The notes under the pieces are model-generated. The model ran no database searches and was not told the DNA's origin. It saw only the letters and a program-made list of their open reading frames with translations. Both the position numbers and the translations under genes were made by a program. Positions 58,542 through 64,000 of a stretch of DNA of 64,000 nt are shown piece after piece; positions within the stretch are counted from its first letter, which is position 1, and each line of letters starts with the position of its first letter. This DNA is from an uncultured delta proteobacterium. Its GTDB lineage: Bacteria; Desulfobacterota; Desulfobacteria; Desulfobacterales; Desulfatirhabdiaceae. The stretch is taken from NCBI GenBank assembly GCA_963789395.1, contig CAWBKP010000014.1, positions 320,001 to 384,000 on the forward strand, in the 5' to 3' direction.

Positions 58542-59360
58542 TTAACGCCCTTTCCCTGCTGCCGCTTTCTGCGCGCGTTCGATGATCTTGTCGTATTCGC
58601 CGCAGTACTCCGGCAGCTCCTTTCGAACAAACACGCCCCGCTCGATCAGCTCAGGATGAGTTTCCTTGGCCTTGGAGCCGATGGGCGTGGTGATATCCTT
58701 CATCCGTTTCATCATCTCAACGGCCCCGCCTTCCTTGTTCTTTCTGCCGAAATACGTGGGGCACTGGGACATGACCTCCACAACGGAAAAGCCCTTGTGC
58801 AGGATGGCCTCCTGAAGGATGTCGGCTATCTGCTGCACGTGGTAGGTGGTGGTGCGGGCAACAAACGTTGCGCCTGCGGCCTTTGCCAGCTCAACGATGT
58901 CAAAGCCCTGGTCGATGTTGCTGTAGGGGGCGGTCGTGGCCGATATCCCGTAGCCGGAAAGCGGGGAGTACTGGCCGCCGGTCATCCCGTAGATCCGGTT
59001 GTTCATGACAATGGCCGTCATGTCGATGTTTCGACGGGCCGCGTGTATGAAATGGTTGCCGCCGATCGCAAGCGCATCCCCGTCTCCCATGGGAACAATC
59101 AGGTGAAGCTCCGGACGGCTCATCTTGACTCCGGTGGCAAAGGCAAGGGCCCGGCCGTGCACCGTGTGCAGGGTGTGAAAGTCCACGTATCCGGAGATCC
59201 GGGACGAGCAGCCGATCCCCGAGACCATGACGATGTCGTTTTTGGCAAGCCCCAGATTTTCGATGGCCCGCAGCATGGCGTTCAGCACCACGCCGTGCCC
59301 GCAGCCCGGGCACCACATATGGGGAAAAAACCTTTCCCGGATGTAATCTTTGATCGCCAT
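58542..59360 (-). CDS. korB: 2-oxoacid:ferredoxin oxidoreductase beta subunit
   Basis: Starts MAIKDYIR (TAATG overlap); WCPGCG, SGIGCS, GDGDA...NNRIYGMTGGQ TPP motif. Confidence 0.93.
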   Translation of the reverse strand: MAIKDYIRERFFPHMWCPGCGHGVVLNAMLRAIENLGLAKNDIVMVSGIGCSSRISGYVDFHTLHTVHGRALAFATGVKMSRPELHLIVPMGDGDALAIGGNHFIHAARRNIDMTAIVMNNRIYGMTGGQYSPLSGYGISATTAPYSNIDQGFDIVELAKAAGATFVARTTTYHVQQIADILQEAILHKGFSVVEVMSQCPTYFGRKNKEGGAVEMMKRMKDITTPIGSKAKETHPELIERGVFVRKELPEYCGEYDKIIERAQKAAAGKGR

Positions 59361-60508
59361 TATATTCCCTTTCCCTGTATGAGCCGAAGAATGTTTCTGA
59401 TATCCGTCGGGTTGATAAAGACCCCGTCCATCCGGTTGGCCAGAAACACCCTTTCGGGCCTCTCCACGGCCAGCTTCACCTGCTCGAGCACCTGGCCCAT
59501 GTTCATCTCCACCACAACGATCGTATGGGCACTGCGGCATCTTTCCCGGACAATGTGCGCCGGAAAGGGCCACAGGGTCTGAAGCTCCAACAGCCCCAGC
59601 CGCTCGCCGCGTTTTCTGCGGCTCTCCACCACATGAAGGCTGGATCTGGCAGATGAGCCGTAAGAGATCAGAATGCAGTCCGCATCCTCCAGGTAATACT
59701 CTCTGGTCCGTGCGATCTCTGCCGCGTTGTTCTGGATCTTGTCGATAAGATGCCGCATCAACCCATGGACCACCTGGGGATTGTTCGAGGGAAAGCCCCA
59801 CATGTCGTGGGCAAGTCCGGTCACGTTGTAGCGGTGAGCCCCCCCGAAATCCGACATGGGCAGCCGGCCGTCCTCCCGGGGAAGATACGGGTGATAGTCC
59901 ACCCCGCTTTTAACCGCCGTTCGCAGCCGCTCCACCAGGGGCAATTCCCCTTTTTCCGGAATCTCCAGCCGCTCCCGCATGTGCCCCACCACTTCATCAA
60001 AAAGCAGGATGACCGGCGTGCGGTAGGTTTCGGCCAGGTTAAAGGCTTCCACGGTCACGGCAAACACGTCCTGATGGTTGGATGCGGTCAGGGTGATGAT
60101 GGCATGGTCCCCGTGGGTTCCCCATCTGGCCTGGTTCACGTCCCCCTGGCTGACATGGGTGGGAAGGCCGGTGGAAGGCCCTCCCCGCTGCACGTTGACG
60201 ATCACGGACGGTATCTCGGCCATCACGGCATAGCCCAGTGCTTCCTGCATCAGGGAAAAGCCGGGGCCGCTGGTTGCGGTCATGACCTTGTTGCCGGTTA
60301 AAGAGGCCCCGATAATGGCGCAGATGGAGGCAATCTCATCTTCCATCTGAATGAACCTGCCGCCTATCTGCGGCAGGCGAGAGGATAAAAGCTCGGCGAT
60401 TTCCGTTGACGGGGTAATGGGGTAGCCGGCAAAAAAATTCAGCCCCGCATACAGCGCGGCCTCTACGCAAACCTCGTTTCCTTGGATAAATTTAATCAGC
60501 TTGCTCAT
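59360..60508 (-). CDS. korA: 2-oxoacid:ferredoxin oxidoreductase alpha subunit
   Basis: AGYPITPSTE, QMEDE, TSGPGFSL, QRGGPSTGLPT, EMNMGQ. Confidence 0.93.
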   Translation of the reverse strand: MSKLIKFIQGNEVCVEAALYAGLNFFAGYPITPSTEIAELLSSRLPQIGGRFIQMEDEIASICAIIGASLTGNKVMTATSGPGFSLMQEALGYAVMAEIPSVIVNVQRGGPSTGLPTHVSQGDVNQARWGTHGDHAIITLTASNHQDVFAVTVEAFNLAETYRTPVILLFDEVVGHMRERLEIPEKGELPLVERLRTAVKSGVDYHPYLPREDGRLPMSDFGGAHRYNVTGLAHDMWGFPSNNPQVVHGLMRHLIDKIQNNAAEIARTREYYLEDADCILISYGSSARSSLHVVESRRKRGERLGLLELQTLWPFPAHIVRERCRSAHTIVVVEMNMGQVLEQVKLAVERPERVFLANRMDGVFINPTDIRNILRLIQGKGI

Positions 60509-60518
60509 GTCTTTGCCC

Positions 60519-60725
60519 CTATTCCTCGGTAAGAATTTCGATGGCCAGATCCGGACACCTGAGTTCGCAAAGCCTGCAGCAGATGCAGTCCTTTGGCCGC
60601 ACCGCCACCGCCTTCTCACGCTCGTCCAGCTCCAGCACCTTCTTGGGGCAGAACGCCACGCAGATCCCGCAGCCCTTGCACCAGTCCCGGTTGATCACGT
60701 GCGCTTTCAGTTTGGGTTTTCCCAT
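60519..60725 (-). CDS. korD: 2-oxoacid:ferredoxin oxidoreductase delta (2x[4Fe-4S]) subunit
   Basis: CKGCGICVAFCP and CICCRLCELRCP. Confidence 0.93.
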   Translation of the reverse strand: MGKPKLKAHVINRDWCKGCGICVAFCPKKVLELDEREKAVAVRPKDCICCRLCELRCPDLAIEILTEE

Positions 60726-60789
60726 TCAGTCTTCCTTTATCTTGGAATACATTTTGCTCGATTTGCTCGAACGGAACGTCAGCTCAAGA

Positions 60790-60909
60790 AAATCCGAAAC
60801 AAACTCAACATTCGAATGACCAGATGAAACGATCGGCTTGAAAACAACCCGCTTTGATCATTATGATTTTGAACATTTTTTCGAATTTCGTGCTTCGGAT
60901 TTCGAATTT
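60790..60909. repeat. Heptamer-repeat inverted element
   Basis: Tandem TTCGAAT-TTCGTGC-TTCGGAT-TTCGAAT (60880-60907) with a partly complementary left arm AAATCCGAAAC...GAATGACC. Confidence 0.6.
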
Positions 60910-61085
60910 ATATTTGGAAGGTTAGTAATTTTTGCCAATCAAGTCAATAAAAAGGAGATTTCATGCTCTGGATTTTAGCGTTGACCTCAATGGCCGCCTC
61001 AGGGTACAAGTCTCTAAAAAACTGCAACAATGGGATATCGCCCCTTTCAACTATTCGGCGATGCCCGGCTACCCGGCTGGTGATT

Positions 61086-63131
61086 ATGTTGAATCGCATG
61101 ATGAAAATGGCCGTTGCCTACGGCGTGATCCTGACAGCGGTCTTTGGTTTCTGGTATGCCGTCGGCCACCCGCGATGGGTCACGGAACCGGCCCTGAGCC
61201 CGGATCACAAAATGCAGAGCGTGTCCTATGCGCCGTTTGAAAAAGACCAGTCGCCGCTGGATTTCGGCCTGAAGGGACTGACCGTTTCAGACCAGCGGAT
61301 CGATACGGACCTGGCCATTCTCTCCCGCCGATTTGACGGCATCCGCACATATTCCGTCGCCGGACTGGAAGCCGTACCGGCTTTTGCGGAAAAATACGGA
61401 CTAAAGGTCTTGCTGGGCGCCTGGGTCAGCGGTGATCCGGTTCTCACGCAGAAGGAATTGACAAAAGTCATCGAGCTTGCCCGGCGTCACCCGACCAGCG
61501 TGAGGGGGGTCGTTGTGGGAAACGAAGCCCTGCTGCGCCGCGAAGTCACAGGGCCCCAGCTTGTCGAATATATCCGCCAGATCAAGTCCGCCCTGCCCGA
61601 AATACCGGTTACCTATGCCGATGTCTGGGAGTTCTGGCTCAAACATCCGGAGGTGGCGCCGGCCACCGATTTTGTGATGATTCACATTCTGCCCTACTGG
61701 GAAGATGATCCGGTTTCCATCGATCAGTCCATGGCCCACGTACGGAAAATCCGCGAAGAGCTTGCCCGGAAAATTCCGGACAGGGAAATTGTCATCGGAG
61801 AAACCGGCTGGCCTTCGGAAGGACGCATGCGGGAAGGCGCGCTTCCCAGCCGCGTCAATCAGGCGCGGTTCATGCGCGGCTTCGTTGCCCTGGCGGATCA
61901 GCAACACTGGCAGTATAATCTGATCGAGGCATTCGATCAGCCGTGGAAACGCGCCAAGGAAGGCGCCGTGGGGGGGTATTGGGGATTGTACGACACGGAC
62001 CGGGTCGACAAAAACGTGTTTTCCGGACCGGTTTCGAATTATCCGGACTGGCTGGCGCTGTTCTGCCAGTCCGCCGGCATCATCCTGTTGACCCTGTTTA
62101 TCGCAGGGCGCCATCCCGGCATGCGCAACGTTCAATGGCTGCAATTTTCGGCGGTTGTGGCTGCAGGCGCGGTGCTGATCGTCATGCAGGGCCATCAGTT
62201 TTCGATCATCTCGCGAAACGGCTGGGAATTCCTCTGGGCAGGCATGGTTCTGGGGCAGGCAGCCATCGTCTATTTTCTGGCGCAATCCGCCATTGCCGTT
62301 GAAGCGCTGCCCAACCTCCTCAGCCTGAGCGACGCCATGGATTTGCTCCGGGGTCGATTCCGCCTTCCGGCCGGAGATTCCCATGTGAAGTCACCGGATG
62401 GCGGCCGGTTTTATCCCCCGTTTGTCCTTCGCCATCTGCTCAGGGGTGATTTCCATCACGCGTCTGGCCGTTGTCATCTTTGCCATGATTGCCGTGATGG
62501 GCCTGTTCTTTGATGCCCGCTACCGCAGCTTCAACAACTGCGGGGTTATCATTCCCGCCCTTGGCTTTGTCTGGTTCTCACGCAAAGCAGACCGGCCGGC
62601 TCGATCCGGCGGGCTGGAACGGCTCTGCGCCGTAACACTGGCCATTGCCGCTCTGGGGGTTTTCATCAAGGAAACGCCGCTGAACTGGCAGTCCGATATC
62701 TGGGTGGGCATCTGCCTCCTGCTGGCCTATCCGCTCTGGCGGCAGGGAAAATCCGGCTCGCTTCGCCCCCTGCTGTCCTGCGGCATCCTGCTGGTTGCAG
62801 CGTACGCGGTCTTGGCGGTATTGCGCTATGTCATTCTGGATTCGAACATGGTGATGAGCCTGTGTGCGGAAAATCCCGACGGGATGTATTGTCTGATCCG
62901 AACCATCATGGGAAAGCTGATGTACAACGAAGTATTCGGCCTGATGAGCCTGGTTCTGGCCGGACTTGCCATCTGGCGGAATACCGTCTGGTTATGTATG
63001 CTGGCCATGACCGCAAGCCTTGCCGGCTTTGCGTTCTACAATGTCGGCATGGCTGCAATCGCTTTTGTTCTTCCGGACTTACGCTGGCGCATAACAGACT
63101 ATCACCGGTTACAACTGCGAATCGCCCATAA
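61086..63131 (+). CDS. GH17 exo-beta-1,3-glucanase-like protein with a long membrane C-terminus (frameshifts near 62395 and 63071)
   Basis: VSYAPF, IRTYS, VVGNEALLR, HILPYWED, IGETGWPS, IEAFDQPWK; TM region continues in ORF 62398.. and ends ...GLTLAHNRLSPVTTANRP* at 63131. Confidence 0.8.
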
Positions 63132-63165
63132 AAAAATCCGCCGGCACAATACCGCGCCGGCGGAT
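63130..63165. terminator. Terminator between convergent genes
   Basis: A-run then ATCCGCCGGC...GCCGGCGGAT (U-tract for the minus-strand transcript). Confidence 0.65.
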
Positions 63166-63228
63166 CTGCTTCCTGCACTGCCGCAACTTATGGAAATATC
63201 GGGGCAGGGTCTTTTTTGTTATAATTTA

Positions 63229-64000
63229 CTACTTTCTGGCTTTTGCATACCCGATGGACACCAGTGCCTCTTCCATTTCCGTCAGCGTCAGGGGGTCATC
63301 GATGGTGGCCGGCATTTTGAATTCCTTGTTGTCGGCAATTTTCTGAATCGTACCCCGCAGGATCTTCCCGGAACGGGTCTTGGGAAGCCGTTTGACCACC
63401 GTGGCTGTTTTAAACGATGCCACCGGCCCGATGCGGTCCCGGACCATCTGAACGACTTCTTTTATAATATCCGCATTGGGACGGGTTACCCCGGCCTTCA
63501 GCACGATGAATCCGACCGGAACCTGGCCTTTCAGGGCGTCTTCAACGCCTAGAACCGCGCATTCGGCCACCTGGGGATGATCCGAGAGGATTTCCTCCAT
63601 GGCGCCCGTGGAAAGTCTGTGGCCGGCGACATTGATGATATCGTCGGTCCGGGACATGACGTAGATATAGCCATCTTCATCGATAAATCCGGCATCCGCC
63701 GTCTTGTAATATCCGGGAAATTCCTCAAGATAGGACTTTACATAGCCCTCGTCATTGTTCCACAGGGTGGGCAGGGTGCCCGGCGGCAGCGGCAGTTTGA
63801 CCACCAGGGCGCCGATGTCTCCGGCCTTGACCTGCTCGTTTTCCGGATTCACGACCTGCACGTTCCATCCCGGCACCGGCTTGGTGGGCGAGCCGTACTT
63901 GACCGGATAGTGATGCAGCCCCATGCAGTTGGCGGCAATGGCCCATCCGGTCTCCGTCTGCCACCAGTGGTCGATGACCGGAACCTTGATGTTGTTTTCC
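63229..64000 (-). CDS. prpE: Propionyl/acetyl-CoA synthetase, C-terminal part (truncated by the window)
   Basis: DHWWQTETG, YYKTADAG, RTDDIINVAGHRLST, LPKTRSGKILR. Confidence 0.88.
   Translation of the reverse strand, partial: ENNIKVPVIDHWWQTETGWAIAANCMGLHHYPVKYGSPTKPVPGWNVQVVNPENEQVKAGDIGALVVKLPLPPGTLPTLWNNDEGYVKSYLEEFPGYYKTADAGFIDEDGYIYVMSRTDDIINVAGHRLSTGAMEEILSDHPQVAECAVLGVEDALKGQVPVGFIVLKAGVTRPNADIIKEVVQMVRDRIGPVASFKTATVVKRLPKTRSGKILRGTIQKIADNKEFKMPATIDDPLTLTEMEEALVSIGYAKARK

Noticed and set aside
59361..59801. N-terminal extension of ORF 58542..59801
   Set aside because: Overlaps korA out of frame; the true korB start is at 59360 with stop/start coupling.
63132..63552. C-terminal extension of ORF 62398..63552
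   Set aside because: Crosses a terminator and overlaps prpE antisense; better explained by a frameshift near 63071.
1..64000. tRNA, rRNA, transposase, integrase or prophage genes
   Set aside because: None recognised; a covariance-model scan would be needed to exclude small RNAs fully.

Overview
Gene-dense chromosomal window. Gene content (two aldehyde:ferredoxin oxidoreductases, korDABC, family I CoA-transferase, TauE, sigma54-type signalling) suggests an anaerobic deltaproteobacterium, probably Desulfobacterales-like; this is inferred from gene content only. In order: a leftward operon (Lon protease with an inserted receiver domain, HAMP histidine kinase, response regulator) divergent from USP-like/TauE/cytidylate-kinase-like genes; a restriction-modification remnant plus DUF4258/DUF2283 toxin-antitoxin pair; serC; aor; dppABCDF; a two-domain glycosyltransferase fusion; cupin; a liv-type ABC transporter; a GMC oxidoreductase with a second aor; a GntR/TRAP/xylose-isomerase-family/DUF1537-kinase/PanB-like catabolic cluster; soxBDAG-like genes; two RpiR regulators sharing a 17-bp operator motif; aspA; an MFS transporter; a TAXI-TRAP system; an sbcC without sbcD; CoA-transferase; korDABC; a GH17 membrane glucanase; and a partial acyl-CoA synthetase. 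No rRNA, tRNA, CRISPR array or transposase was recognised. Highlights: (i) a candidate undescribed branched-chain sugar-acid pathway using a PanB-like hydroxymethyltransferase; (ii) a possibly phosphorylation-gated Lon; (iii) several intergenic gene scars, including a 2.7-kb kor operon collapsed to 219 bp; (iv) single-base frameshifts in six genes, which may be assembly errors. All family assignments come from motif recognition by eye, not database searches.
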